Made by a program: the position numbers and the translations under genes
Source: an uncultured Planctomycetia bacterium
GTDB taxonomy: Bacteria; Omnitrophota; Gorgyraeia; Tantalellales; Tantalellaceae
Assembly: GCA_964421015.1 (NCBI GenBank)
Contig: CAYQUS010000001.1
Coordinates: forward strand, 236,726 to 300,725
Length of the DNA stretch: 64,000 nt
Direction: 5' to 3'
Part shown: in pieces, positions 9,600 through 19,588 of the stretch
Position numbering within the stretch: position 1 is the stretch's first letter
Layout of the letters: each line of letters starts with the position of its first letter
The notes under the pieces: generated by a model
The model's database searches: none
Told to the model about the DNA's origin: nothing
Seen by the model: the letters and a program-made list of their open reading frames with translations, nothing else

Positions 9600-10462
9600 G
9601 CCGTCTTTCCTTGGTTAGGAGTTGCTGTCACATTGTCTATGAGCCTTGTGGAACCAACAAGGACCGCCGCCGCTATCAGAACGTCTGAATGTATCTCCAT
9701 TACGGGTTCCATACTTGACGGATCTAAAACCTCCAGATAGTCCGTTCTTATCCCCCGAGAGGAAGAGAGTATCTCTTTGGCCGCGGAAATGACGGCTCCG
9801 GAGTTTTTCTCCCCGCCTTCCACGGCGCTCTTGGCCCTGCAAAGAGCCTTGAATAAAAGTCCCGCCTGTACGCGTTCGTCTTTAGACAGGTACCTGTTCC
9901 TGGAGCTCATAGCAAGGCCGTCGCTTTCTCTTACCGTGGGCAGCACCTTTACCCCGGTTCTGAGATTAAGATCCGATACCATCCGTTTTATCACGAATAC
10001 CTGCTGAACGTCCTTTTGCCCGAAATAACTTTTATCCGGGTCAACGATATTGAAAAGCTTGGTCACTACCGTGGCCACTCCCCTGAAATGACCGGGCCTG
10101 GAAGCGCCGCATAAAGTCCCGACGCACTTCGAAGTAACCTCGACGAAGGTCGAATATCCTTCCGGGTACATATCCTTACCCTCCGGAAGAAAAAGAAAAT
10201 CCACCCCTTCCTTTTCCAGAGCGGCTGCGTCCCCTTCGATATCCCTTGGATATTTTTCAAGGTCTTCCCCGGGGCCAAATTGCGCTGGATTGACAAAGAT
10301 ACTTACAACAGATGTGTCACAGTCGGAAATGGAGGCTCTTACAAGGCTCAAATGTCCTTCGTGCAGACACCCCATCGTCGGCACGAAACCGATAGAAAGA
10401 CCCTGCTGCCTGGTCTTCTCTATGACCTTACGCATCCCTGTAATGGACCTTATTATTTTCAT
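9596..10462 (-). CDS. panC: Pantoate--beta-alanine ligase. The track ORF extends to 10489; the ATG at 10462 forms an ATGA overlap with the folK stop.
   Basis: Motif GFVPTMGCLHEGHLSL (PTMGxLHxGH). Confidence 0.88.
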   Translation of the reverse strand: MKIIRSITGMRKVIEKTRQQGLSIGFVPTMGCLHEGHLSLVRASISDCDTSVVSIFVNPAQFGPGEDLEKYPRDIEGDAAALEKEGVDFLFLPEGKDMYPEGYSTFVEVTSKCVGTLCGASRPGHFRGVATVVTKLFNIVDPDKSYFGQKDVQQVFVIKRMVSDLNLRTGVKVLPTVRESDGLAMSSRNRYLSKDERVQAGLLFKALCRAKSAVEGGEKNSGAVISAAKEILSSSRGIRTDYLEVLDPSSMEPVMEIHSDVLIAAAVLVGSTRLIDNVTATPNQGKTA

Positions 10463-10959
10463 GCCTGAGATCTGTCCCTTTTTGGGCAAAGACCGCTTTT
10501 ATCCAAGATCTTAAAGATCTCCTCTGCGGTCATGCCGGTCACCGGGTGCCTGACTTCCGGGGAAATTTCGCAAAGACCTTTGAGAACAAAAGCCCTTTCA
10601 TGCATCTTAGGATGAGGTATCTTAAGGGCATCAGTGTCGACAACACGTCTTCCGTAAAGAAGAATATCCAGATCTATCTCTCTGGGAAGGTTTCTCTCCG
10701 GGACCGGTTTTCTTCCCATGGCCCTCTCGATATTCTTGAGCTCGCCTAAAAGTTCTTCGGGTTCGATGTCAGTCTCTATACGGGCCACTCCGTTCATGTA
10801 CCTTGGTTGAGCAGGCCCTCCCTCCGGCTCAGTTTCATAAAAACCCGAAACCTCCGCTACTCTGATCCCCTTTACATCACCCATCCTTCGGATAGCTTCC
10901 CCAAGGTTGGCGAGCCTGTCTCCCAGATTTGAGCCGATCCCGATGTAGACGGTTTCCAT
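10459..10959 (-). CDS. folK: 2-amino-4-hydroxy-6-hydroxymethyldihydropteridine pyrophosphokinase (HPPK)
   Basis: 166 aa. The N-terminus VYIGIGSNLGDR is the HPPK signature. Confidence 0.88.
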   Translation of the reverse strand: METVYIGIGSNLGDRLANLGEAIRRMGDVKGIRVAEVSGFYETEPEGGPAQPRYMNGVARIETDIEPEELLGELKNIERAMGRKPVPERNLPREIDLDILLYGRRVVDTDALKIPHPKMHERAFVLKGLCEISPEVRHPVTGMTAEEIFKILDKSGLCPKRDRSQA

Positions 10960-10963
10960 TATA

Positions 10964-12133
10964 TCAGCTGAAAAAAGCTTTTTTTATGCGGCCCACCGCT
11001 TCCTTAAGTTTTTCTTCTCTCACGGTAAGCGCCATTCTTATGTAACCTTCCCCCGAGGCTCCGAAGCCGTTGCCCGGAGTGACAATTATGTCCGCTTTCT
11101 CCAGCATTGCCTTGGCCATGGAAGCCGAGGTATAACCTTTAAGAACAGGCAGCCACACGTAGAAAGTGGCCTTAACTTGAGGAGCGTCCCAGCCGATCGA
11201 CCTAAGCCCACCGGTAAGCACGTCCCTTCTTGAAGTGTATATTTCATTCATCGCGTTTTTAACTTTATCTGAATTTTTCAGGGCCTCAACCGCGGCCATC
11301 TGTACAGGGGTGAATATCCCGGAATCTATATTAGCCTTTACTTTTGCGAGCGCCGCCACAAGCTGGGAGTTTCCCACTGCCATTCCCACTCTCCATCCCG
11401 TCATGTTGAAAGTCTTAGACAGCGAGTGGAACTCTATACCGACGTCTTTGGCGCCATCGACCTCAAGGAAACTCGGGGGCAGCAACCCGTCAAAACTCAT
11501 TTCGGTGTATGCGGCGTCAGAGCAGACTATTATGTTGTTTTTCCTGGCGAAAGAAACTACTTCCCCGTAAAAATCCTTACCGCAAACAGCTCCCGTGGGA
11601 TTGTTCGGATAGTTTATGTGCATAAGTTTGCACTTTGAGGCCACAGCATTCTCTATTGTTCCCAGATCCGGGAGAAAACCGTTCTTTGCCAGAAGAGGCA
11701 TAAAGTGAAGTTTGGCCCCCGCGAATATAGCCCCCGATACATAAGGAGGATACCCGGGGTCGGGTATAAGAACGTCGTCTCCGGGATTTATGAAGGCCAG
11801 TGGCACATGCGCTATCCCCTCTTTGGATCCCAGAAGCGGCAGTATTTCAGTATCAGGATCCAGCGCGACGTTAAACCTTTTTTTATACCATACGGCCATT
11901 TCCTTCCTCAAAGAAGCTATCCCTTTATTGAAGGGATATTTGTGCGTGGAGGGATCCAACACCGCTTCCTGAAGTTTTTTTATTATGAATTCCGGGGTAG
12001 GCATGTCCGGATCGCCCACTCCGAGATCTATGATCGGCCTGCCTTCCTCCACAGCTTTGTTCTTTGCCTTGTCTATCTCCTCAAAAAGGTACGGAGGGAG
12101 CTTCTTTAATCTTTCTGCCTGTTCTATTTTCAT
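10964..12133 (-). CDS. dapL: LL-diaminopimelate aminotransferase
   Basis: 389 aa class I aminotransferase with N-terminal LPPYLFEEI. It is clustered with dapB, dapA, dapF and lysA. Confidence 0.82.
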   Translation of the reverse strand: MKIEQAERLKKLPPYLFEEIDKAKNKAVEEGRPIIDLGVGDPDMPTPEFIIKKLQEAVLDPSTHKYPFNKGIASLRKEMAVWYKKRFNVALDPDTEILPLLGSKEGIAHVPLAFINPGDDVLIPDPGYPPYVSGAIFAGAKLHFMPLLAKNGFLPDLGTIENAVASKCKLMHINYPNNPTGAVCGKDFYGEVVSFARKNNIIVCSDAAYTEMSFDGLLPPSFLEVDGAKDVGIEFHSLSKTFNMTGWRVGMAVGNSQLVAALAKVKANIDSGIFTPVQMAAVEALKNSDKVKNAMNEIYTSRRDVLTGGLRSIGWDAPQVKATFYVWLPVLKGYTSASMAKAMLEKADIIVTPGNGFGASGEGYIRMALTVREEKLKEAVGRIKKAFFS

Positions 12134-12181
12134 GTTTTCCCTTTCTTTTTGGATTTTTATGCAGCTATCGGCTTCAGCGTA

Positions 12182-12922
12182 TCATATGCCAAGGACATCT
12201 GACATGCTGTAAAAACCCGGTTTTTTACCTTGAAGGAACTTAGCCGCCTTTATGGCCCCGGAAGCGAAAATATCCCTGCTTTTCGCGGAGTGACGCATCT
12301 CTATAAGCTCATATTCACCGTCAAAGAATATACCGTGTTCCCCTATTACCTCTCCCTCTCGGAAAGCCTCTATAGCAGGTTCCTTGCCGCAGGCTTCCCT
12401 GACACAATCGGCTATTTTTTTGGCCGTTCCGCTGGGAGAATCTTTTTTGTGAACATGATGTGTTTCATCTATACGTATGTCAAAATCCTTCCCCAGTACC
12501 TTCGCCGCCTCCGAGACCAATTTAAAGAACAGATTGACCCCGGGAGCCATGTTCGGCGAAAAAACCACGGGTATTTTCTTCGAGGCTTCCTTTATCTTAG
12601 CCTGATGAATAGAAGTGCAGCCCGTGGTGCCTATTACGATAGCGACAGATCTTCTTACGCATTCTTCAAGATGTTCCATGGTGGGTTCCGGGAAAGTAAA
12701 ATCTATCAGACACTCGGCCGCCTCTATGGCCTTCCCGGCGTCAGTAAGCAGTTTCACTTCGCCGCTTCCTTCTCCTGCAATTTCCCTTAATGTCTTCCCC
12801 GCTTCCGGAGAGTCTTTTCTGTCGAAGATGGAGACCACATCCATAGCCTGATCTTTAAGGGCCAGCGCGATTATCCTTCTTCCCATTTTACCGGCAGCCC
12901 CCGCCACACAAAGCTTTACCAT
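12182..12922 (-). CDS. dapB: 4-hydroxy-tetrahydrodipicolinate reductase. The start is taken at the internal ATG giving MVKLCVAGAAGKMG; the track ORF runs to 12943.
   Basis: DapB N-terminal NAD-binding motif. A GGGGGA SD precedes the ATG at 12922. Confidence 0.88.
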   Translation of the reverse strand: MVKLCVAGAAGKMGRRIIALALKDQAMDVVSIFDRKDSPEAGKTLREIAGEGSGEVKLLTDAGKAIEAAECLIDFTFPEPTMEHLEECVRRSVAIVIGTTGCTSIHQAKIKEASKKIPVVFSPNMAPGVNLFFKLVSEAAKVLGKDFDIRIDETHHVHKKDSPSGTAKKIADCVREACGKEPAIEAFREGEVIGEHGIFFDGEYELIEMRHSAKSRDIFASGAIKAAKFLQGKKPGFYSMSDVLGI

Positions 12923-12935
12923 AGATCCCCCCGGA

Positions 12936-13802
12936 TCATACAAGTTTATATTTTTTAAGAACTACCCTGAGCTTTTCCTTGTTTTCCCTGGCCATTTCAC
13001 AAAGGGGCATCCTCCATTCCTCGCCTACCATTTTCATAAGGCTGAGCGCGGTCTTCACCGGGATAGGATTGGTCTCGATGAAAAGAGTCCTGCAGAGCTC
13101 CGATATCTCGTAATGTATCCTGCGGCTCTCGTCATGATCTCCTTCGAGATACGACTGCGTAAGAGCTTTCACCCTGTCCGGTATTATGTTCGCGGCCACG
13201 CTTACCACTCCAACGGCTCCCACCGACATGAACGGCAAAGTCATTGAATCGTCCCCGCTGAGAACCGTTATTTCGCAGAGAGAAAGTATGTCAGCCACCT
13301 GCTGCACGGAACCCGATGCTTCCTTTATCGCAACGATATTGTCTATTTTAGAAAGTCTGGCTACCGTCTGCGGCAAAAGTGATATGCCCGTGCGTGAAGG
13401 AACGTTATAAAGCATTATGGGTATATTCGCCGCTTTGGCTATCGCCTTGTAATGCCTGTACTGCCCTTCCGCGGTAGGCTTGTTGTAATAGGGGGTAATT
13501 ATGAGCGCCCCGTCGCAGCCGGCCTTTTTCGCGGCTACAGTAAGATCTATGGCCTCAGATGTGCAATTAGAGCCTGTTCCCGCTACCACAGGAACACGCC
13601 CTCCCACGGTCTCAACTGTTATCTTTATAAGCCTCTTCTGCTCCGCGGCGCTGAGCGTGGCTGCTTCACCGGTACATCCGCACGGCACAATGCCATCGAT
13701 GCCTTTTTTTATCTGGAACTCTACCAGGGACCTGAAGTTTTTCTCATCGACCTTACCGTTCCTGAACGGTGTCACTAAAGCCACGTATGAACCCTTGAAC
13801 AT
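12936..13802 (-). CDS. dapA: 4-hydroxy-tetrahydrodipicolinate synthase
   Basis: 288 aa. DapA/NAL family similarity (GSYVALVTPF...GIVPCGCTGE). Confidence 0.9.
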   Translation of the reverse strand: MFKGSYVALVTPFRNGKVDEKNFRSLVEFQIKKGIDGIVPCGCTGEAATLSAAEQKRLIKITVETVGGRVPVVAGTGSNCTSEAIDLTVAAKKAGCDGALIITPYYNKPTAEGQYRHYKAIAKAANIPIMLYNVPSRTGISLLPQTVARLSKIDNIVAIKEASGSVQQVADILSLCEITVLSGDDSMTLPFMSVGAVGVVSVAANIIPDRVKALTQSYLEGDHDESRRIHYEISELCRTLFIETNPIPVKTALSLMKMVGEEWRMPLCEMARENKEKLRVVLKKYKLV

Positions 13803-13828
13803 TTCACTGCTCCTTTTATTTTTTTGGA

Positions 13829-14650
13829 TTATATCCTGCCCTCATACACTTTTCTGGCCGGACCTTCCAGGTAAACTTCCTTAACCGTATCCCCGGACTT
13901 TATACTGAAATAAACCGTGAGCTCCTCGCCTCCGCGGGTTTTCATGGCAACAGGGCTGGCGGCGTAACCCAAAAGGCCCAGCACTATGGCCGAAGCCACC
14001 GTCCCGGTCCCGCAGGAAAGGGTTTCTGCCTCCACCCCTCTTTCATAGGTCCGAAGAGACGCCGAAGAACCTTTTATTCCTCCTACGAAATCCACATTCG
14101 TTCCCTTGGGGCTGAAAAAACTGTGCTCTCTTATTTGTCTGCCGAAAGACTCTACCGCGAAATTATCTATGTCATCCACTATCTGTACCGCGTGCGGCAC
14201 CCCGGTGTTTATGTGATGCACGGTCGCGAGAGTCTGCCCAACACCCAGCTTTATCCCCAGTTTGATATCCTTGGGGTCGCTCAACTTTATTTTAACGTTG
14301 CCGGAATTTACCCTGGCTCCTATAAGTCCCGCCCCCGTCTCCATTACAATCTCATCCCCGAAACCGTTACAGGACGCGTAGAAAGCGGCGCACCTGGCGC
14401 CGTTACCGCACATCTCGGCCTCCGATCCGTCCGGATTTATTATCCTCATCCTCAGATCAGCCTTCTCTGACTTTTCCAACACCAATATCCCGTCAGCTCC
14501 AGCCGATAGGCGCCTGCGGCATACATCCCTGGCCATGGCGCTGTAGTCGATCCGCAAAGCATCCATCTCCCCCGATACGTTGTCTATCAGGATGAAGTCG
14601 TTACCGCTGGCCACAAGTTTAGTGAAAAATACACCATATCCGCCTGACAT
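13829..14650 (-). CDS. dapF: Diaminopimelate epimerase
   Basis: 273 aa. N-terminal GNDFILID motif and a second catalytic Cys region. Confidence 0.88.
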   Translation of the reverse strand: MSGGYGVFFTKLVASGNDFILIDNVSGEMDALRIDYSAMARDVCRRRLSAGADGILVLEKSEKADLRMRIINPDGSEAEMCGNGARCAAFYASCNGFGDEIVMETGAGLIGARVNSGNVKIKLSDPKDIKLGIKLGVGQTLATVHHINTGVPHAVQIVDDIDNFAVESFGRQIREHSFFSPKGTNVDFVGGIKGSSASLRTYERGVEAETLSCGTGTVASAIVLGLLGYAASPVAMKTRGGEELTVYFSIKSGDTVKEVYLEGPARKVYEGRI

Positions 14651-14731
14651 GCCTTTCCCTCCCTTTGCGCTCCCCCTACAAACTTCTATATCTGCAAACC
14701 CGTTGATAACCGTTTTATTATCAAACGTTCC

Positions 14732-15976
14732 TCAAAGGGTTATTATCTTTTCTCCCCGGATAAGGTCCTTATAGGTCTCCGCTCGGCGGGCCACTTTAAC
14801 CTGCCCGCTCATCACCACAAGCTCCGCGGGGCGAGGCCTGGAGTTATAATTCGACGACATGGTATATCCGTAGGCCCCCGCCCCCATGACAGCGAGATAT
14901 TCTCCCGGTATAAGTTCCTGCATCTCCCGCCCAAGCCCCAGATAATCACCGCTTTCGCATATGGGGCCTACAACATCGTACGCTACTCTCTCTGTATCCC
15001 GTTTTACCAACGGGATGATGTTATGGTAAGCCTTGTAAAGACTCGGCCTCAAAAGATCGTTCATCCCGGCGTCAACTATGGCGAACTTCTTACCTGTCGC
15101 TCCTGTCTTGATATAGGTGACCTTCGTAACCAGTATCCCGCTGTTCCCCATTATAAAGCGTCCGGGTTCCAGTATTACCTTAAATCTCCTTCCCTTAAGT
15201 ACAGGGACAATCACCTCGGCTATCTTTGAGGCTTCCACGGCCTTTTCCGGGCCATAATCTATTCCGAACCCTCCCCCTATATTGAGCCATTCCAGCTCTA
15301 TTCCGCTTCTGTCAACAAACTCAATTACCTTCTTAAGCGCCTCGGAGAAAGGCGCGGGATCGGTTATCTGCGAACCGATGTGCACATGAAGCCCTTTAAG
15401 GGACACATGCGAATATTTGTTGCTGTTATCGAATATCTCTTCAACAGTTTTGAAATCTATTCCGAACTTCTTCTCTTTTGACCCGGTGGTTATATAGTCA
15501 TGCGTATCGGGCCTCACATCCGGGTTGACCCTTATGGCTACATTGACCTTTCTTCTCATCTTCTTGGCCACCGAATCTATCATTATGAGTTCCGGCACCG
15601 ATTCAACATTGAACAGCAGTATCCCCTCTTTCACTGCCTGCCGTATTTCCGTTTCGGTCTTACCCACACTGGCGTAGACTATTCTCTCCGGAGGACATCC
15701 TACCTTTAAGGCCTTGTAGAGTTCCCCTCCCGAAACTATATCCAGTCCAGCCCCCCTGGACACTAAAGCTCGGCAGAGAGTAAGATTGGAGTTGGATTTC
15801 ATGGAAAAACACACTATGGGATCGAGTTCCCTGAACGCCGCCGTTATCCTGTCGAAATGTCCAACCACACTGTTAAGGCTGTAAAGGTAAAAAGGCGTAC
15901 CGTGTTCTTTTACTACTTCAGTAACCGGAACATCTTCGCAATAAAGAACGTTGTCCCTGTAGTTAAAATCGTGCAT
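14732..15976 (-). CDS. lysA: Diaminopimelate decarboxylase. The start is taken at the ATG with a GGGGGAA SD; the track GTG at 16021 has no SD.
   Basis: Fold-III PLP decarboxylase (Orn/DAP/Arg decarboxylase family), in lysine-pathway context. Confidence 0.88.
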   Translation of the reverse strand: MHDFNYRDNVLYCEDVPVTEVVKEHGTPFYLYSLNSVVGHFDRITAAFRELDPIVCFSMKSNSNLTLCRALVSRGAGLDIVSGGELYKALKVGCPPERIVYASVGKTETEIRQAVKEGILLFNVESVPELIMIDSVAKKMRRKVNVAIRVNPDVRPDTHDYITTGSKEKKFGIDFKTVEEIFDNSNKYSHVSLKGLHVHIGSQITDPAPFSEALKKVIEFVDRSGIELEWLNIGGGFGIDYGPEKAVEASKIAEVIVPVLKGRRFKVILEPGRFIMGNSGILVTKVTYIKTGATGKKFAIVDAGMNDLLRPSLYKAYHNIIPLVKRDTERVAYDVVGPICESGDYLGLGREMQELIPGEYLAVMGAGAYGYTMSSNYNSRPRPAELVVMSGQVKVARRAETYKDLIRGEKIITL

Positions 15977-16032
15977 TGTTCCCCCGCTTTTCAGCCCTAT
16001 CGTATCCCTCATCCGGGACACGGCTGCGTATC

Positions 16033-17412
16033 TTATTTTTTATTAAGCCTTTTCTTCCACCGTTCAAGTTCTTTCCCCACCATATCGGGATTGGTGCTTC
16101 CTTCGGTCTTTTTCCCGGAAATTGAGGCCTCGGGGCTCAAAAGCCCGAAGATATCACCGTCCAGAAACTCGGAAAAACCTTTAAGCTCCGTGAGAGATAA
16201 CCCGGAAATATTTATCCCCTTGCGGGAACAATGCCCCACCATATTACCCACTACACGGTGAGCCTCGGAAAAAGCCATACCTTTCCTCACAAGATATTCC
16301 GCTATGTCTGTAGCGTATATGAATTCATCGCCGAGCGCCTTCTTAACGGTCTCTCTTTTTACCTCTACCGTGGGAATGAGCGCCGCCATCATTTTAACGC
16401 ATGACAAAACCGACTCCACCGTTTCAAAAAGGAACTTTTTGTCTTCCTGCAGATCGCGGTTATAGGTATGCGGCTGGCCTTTTAAAAGAACCAGCAGAGA
16501 GTTCAGGTTGCCTATGGCCAGGGCCGATCTGCCGCGTACGAGTTCGAGAACATCGGGGTTCTTTTTCTGCGGCATCAATGAACTTCCGGTAGTGAATTCC
16601 TCCCCCATTTCTATAAAACCAAACTCGGAAGTGCTGTAAAGTATCATGTCCTCGCTGAAACGGGAAAGATGAACAGCGAGTATCGCAAGGGCTGAAATAA
16701 GTTCAGCCATAAAATCCCTGTCCCCAACAGAGTCCATACTGTTCAAAGAAACCGAGGCGAACCCCAGCCGGTCGGCTATGAACTTGCGGTCAAGCTTCAA
16801 ACTTGACCCCGCTATGGCTCCTGAGCCCATAACGCTGATGTCCATGCGCTTAACAGCGTCCTCGACTCTCCCCGCATCCCTTTCAAGCATCTCTGCATAA
16901 GAGAGAAGGAGGTGCGGGAAAAGAACAGGCTGTGCCCGGTTAAGATGAGTATACCCCGGGATAATAACGTCTCTGTGTTTATCGGCGAGCTCTATAATAG
17001 CCTTCTCAAGGTTCGTTATGCCGCAGAGTATCTGCCCCGACATGTCCTTGCAGTAAAGCCTGACAGCGTTAACTACCTGCTCGTTCCGTGACCTGGCCGT
17101 GTGAAGTTTCCCCGATTCAAGAGGGCATTTCCTGTTAACATAATCCTGCACCGCGGAATGTATGTCCTCATAACCTTCGCTCGCGAATGTACCCGATCCT
17201 ATCTCCGACATAAGTTCTTCCAGTACGGATACAAGACTCTTCTTCTCGCTTTCCGTAACATACCCGCACTTCGCGAGCATCTCGACATGTGCCATAGAAG
17301 AGAGACAGTCGTACCTGGCGAGTATTCTATCTACCGCGAGGCTGGATGTGAACTTAAGCACCTCGGGATCCATTTTATCCCTGGAAAACCTTCCACCCCA
17401 CAACTTTGCCAT
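16033..17412 (-). CDS. argH: Argininosuccinate lyase
   Basis: 459 aa. N-terminus MAKLWGGRFS; fumarate lyase family. Confidence 0.93.
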   Translation of the reverse strand: MAKLWGGRFSRDKMDPEVLKFTSSLAVDRILARYDCLSSMAHVEMLAKCGYVTESEKKSLVSVLEELMSEIGSGTFASEGYEDIHSAVQDYVNRKCPLESGKLHTARSRNEQVVNAVRLYCKDMSGQILCGITNLEKAIIELADKHRDVIIPGYTHLNRAQPVLFPHLLLSYAEMLERDAGRVEDAVKRMDISVMGSGAIAGSSLKLDRKFIADRLGFASVSLNSMDSVGDRDFMAELISALAILAVHLSRFSEDMILYSTSEFGFIEMGEEFTTGSSLMPQKKNPDVLELVRGRSALAIGNLNSLLVLLKGQPHTYNRDLQEDKKFLFETVESVLSCVKMMAALIPTVEVKRETVKKALGDEFIYATDIAEYLVRKGMAFSEAHRVVGNMVGHCSRKGINISGLSLTELKGFSEFLDGDIFGLLSPEASISGKKTEGSTNPDMVGKELERWKKRLNKK

Positions 17413-17474
17413 CTTCGCACCTCATTTTGGTCGGACATTGTCCGGACATACCGCCCTACGGTACCGGACCCGCA

Positions 17475-18647
17475 TCATCGGTACGGCATCGCCCAAAGAT
17501 CTATGAACCCCTTGGCGAGCGACTGGTCAAAAACATCCCCTTCGCCGTAAGTCGCCAATTCAAGCTTGTATCTTGAATTGGGGCTTTTCCTGGACGAAAC
17601 CGAAACATTCCCCTTGTAAAGCTTCAACTCCACATCCCCGGACACATTTTCCTGGGTTTTGTCCACGAAAGTGTCAAGCGACTCCCTTAGAGGAGTGAAC
17701 CAAAGACCGTTATAAACAAGCTCCGAATAACGCTGGGCTATGAAATTTTTATACTCCCTGGTTGCCCTGTCAAGCGTCATCTCCTCAAGCGCCGTGTGGG
17801 CGGCGTAAAGCACCGTTGAAGCAGGAGCCTCATATACCTCCCTGGATTTTATTCCTACAAGCCTGTCCTCTATCATGTCCACTCTTCCAACGCCGTGTTT
17901 TCCGGCCAATGTGTTCAGTTTCCTCACAAGTTCGGCCGGAGCGTATTTTTTCCCGTCCATTGCCACGGGAACACCTTTCGAAAAGGAAATGCTCACGTAA
18001 CATCCGGAAGATGGCGCCTTTTCTACGGGGGCCACCGTGATGTATGTATCCTCTCCGGGTTCTTCTTCGGGAGATTCAAGCTTGTCCCCCTCGACGCTTA
18101 TGCCCCAGAGGTTCTTGTCTATGCTGTATATCTTCTTCCTGGTCTGCTCAATGGGTATGTTCTTCTCTTTCGCGTAATCTATTTCAGATTCTCTTGTTGT
18201 AAGTTCCCATTCTCTGACCGGCGCTATTACCTTAAGCCCCGGAGCCTTTACGTGGAACGTCACTTCAAATCTGACCTGATCGTTCCCTTTTCCGGTACAT
18301 CCGTGCGCAAGCGCCGAGGCCTTCTCCTTGAGCGCCTCGCGAACCATAGCGTCCGCGATAACAGGCCTGGAAAGCGCCGTGGCAAGATTGTATTTTCCCT
18401 GGTAGAGTGCCCCCGCCTTGAGCGCCCTGAAAGCGTAATTCGAGATAAATTCCTCTTTCAGATCTCCCACAATGCACTTAGACGCACCTATTTCAAGCGC
18501 TCTTTTCCGCGCGCTTTCGGCGTCAGACCCTTGTCCTACGTCGCCCATATAGCACACTACTTCATAGCCTCTCTCCATGAGCCACCTTATTATCACGGAA
18601 GTGTCGAGCCCTCCCGAATAAGCCAGAACCACTTTTTTCTTAGCCAT
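17475..18647 (-). CDS. argG: Argininosuccinate synthase
   Basis: 390 aa. N-terminus VVLAYSGGLDTS (PP-loop). Confidence 0.93.
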   Translation of the reverse strand: MAKKKVVLAYSGGLDTSVIIRWLMERGYEVVCYMGDVGQGSDAESARKRALEIGASKCIVGDLKEEFISNYAFRALKAGALYQGKYNLATALSRPVIADAMVREALKEKASALAHGCTGKGNDQVRFEVTFHVKAPGLKVIAPVREWELTTRESEIDYAKEKNIPIEQTRKKIYSIDKNLWGISVEGDKLESPEEEPGEDTYITVAPVEKAPSSGCYVSISFSKGVPVAMDGKKYAPAELVRKLNTLAGKHGVGRVDMIEDRLVGIKSREVYEAPASTVLYAAHTALEEMTLDRATREYKNFIAQRYSELVYNGLWFTPLRESLDTFVDKTQENVSGDVELKLYKGNVSVSSRKSPNSRYKLELATYGEGDVFDQSLAKGFIDLWAMPYR

Positions 18648-18670
18648 TTATCTCCCCTTTAGTTTTAAAC

Positions 18671-19588
18671 CTATTCACCAAGCAGTTTAAGCAGCACCGC
18701 TTTCTGCACATGCATTCTGTTCTCGGCCTGATCGTACACTATCGAATTCTTACCGTCTATAACGTCGGTGATCTCCTCTCCGCGGTGCGCCGGAAGACAA
18801 TGCATTATCAGGGTGTCCCTCTTTGCGGCCCTCATAAGCTTATCGTTCACCTGAAAACTCCTGAAATCCCTCAGCCTTTTTTCCCTCTCAGATTCCTGCC
18901 CCATACTTACCCAGACGTCGGTGTAGACTATATCAGCTCCTTTTACGGCCTCGAACGGGTCGTTAGACTTTCTTATCTCGGCGCGGTTCTCCGAGGCGAC
19001 CTTCACCGCCTCACGGAATATTTCAGGATCGGGTTCGTACCCTTCCGGTGTGGCGATATCCATATTTATACCGGTTTTAGCCGCGGCTGTAACAAGTGAG
19101 TTAAGTACATTGTTCCCGTCTCCCACGTAAGCCAGCTTAACTCTTTTTGTACCCTTGTTCTCGATTATCGTGAAAATATCGCTAAGAGCCTGGCACGGAT
19201 GCGCCATATCAGAAAGCCCGTTTATTACCGGCACATCAGAATACGCCGCCAGGTCCTGCACGTCCCGGTGAGAGAAAACCCTTGCCACTATGCCGTCAAC
19301 ATACCTTGAAATTACCCTGCCCACGTCCTTCACGGGCTCTCTGCCGCCCATATCTATCTCAGATGGGCTCAGATAGAGAACATACCCTCCCAAATGGACC
19401 ATAGCCACTTCAAAAGATATGCGCGTGCGGTTAGAAGGCTTCTGGAAAAGAAGCGCGAGTGTCTTGTCCCGGCAGGCGTCTTTACGGGAAAGGGGACGCT
19501 TTTTCAATTTTCTGGCGAGTTTAAGTATATCGAAGATCTCTTTTCTGGACAGATCTCCTACCGATACCAGATCCTTTTTCTTCTTCAT
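18671..19588 (-). CDS. argF: Ornithine carbamoyltransferase
   Basis: 305 aa. STRTR carbamoyl-phosphate motif and HCLP motif. Confidence 0.9.
   Translation of the reverse strand: MKKKKDLVSVGDLSRKEIFDILKLARKLKKRPLSRKDACRDKTLALLFQKPSNRTRISFEVAMVHLGGYVLYLSPSEIDMGGREPVKDVGRVISRYVDGIVARVFSHRDVQDLAAYSDVPVINGLSDMAHPCQALSDIFTIIENKGTKRVKLAYVGDGNNVLNSLVTAAAKTGINMDIATPEGYEPDPEIFREAVKVASENRAEIRKSNDPFEAVKGADIVYTDVWVSMGQESEREKRLRDFRSFQVNDKLMRAAKRDTLIMHCLPAHRGEEITDVIDGKNSIVYDQAENRMHVQKAVLLKLLGE

Noticed and set aside
17895-18662. 255-aa plus-strand ORF
   Set aside because: It is antisense to argG.
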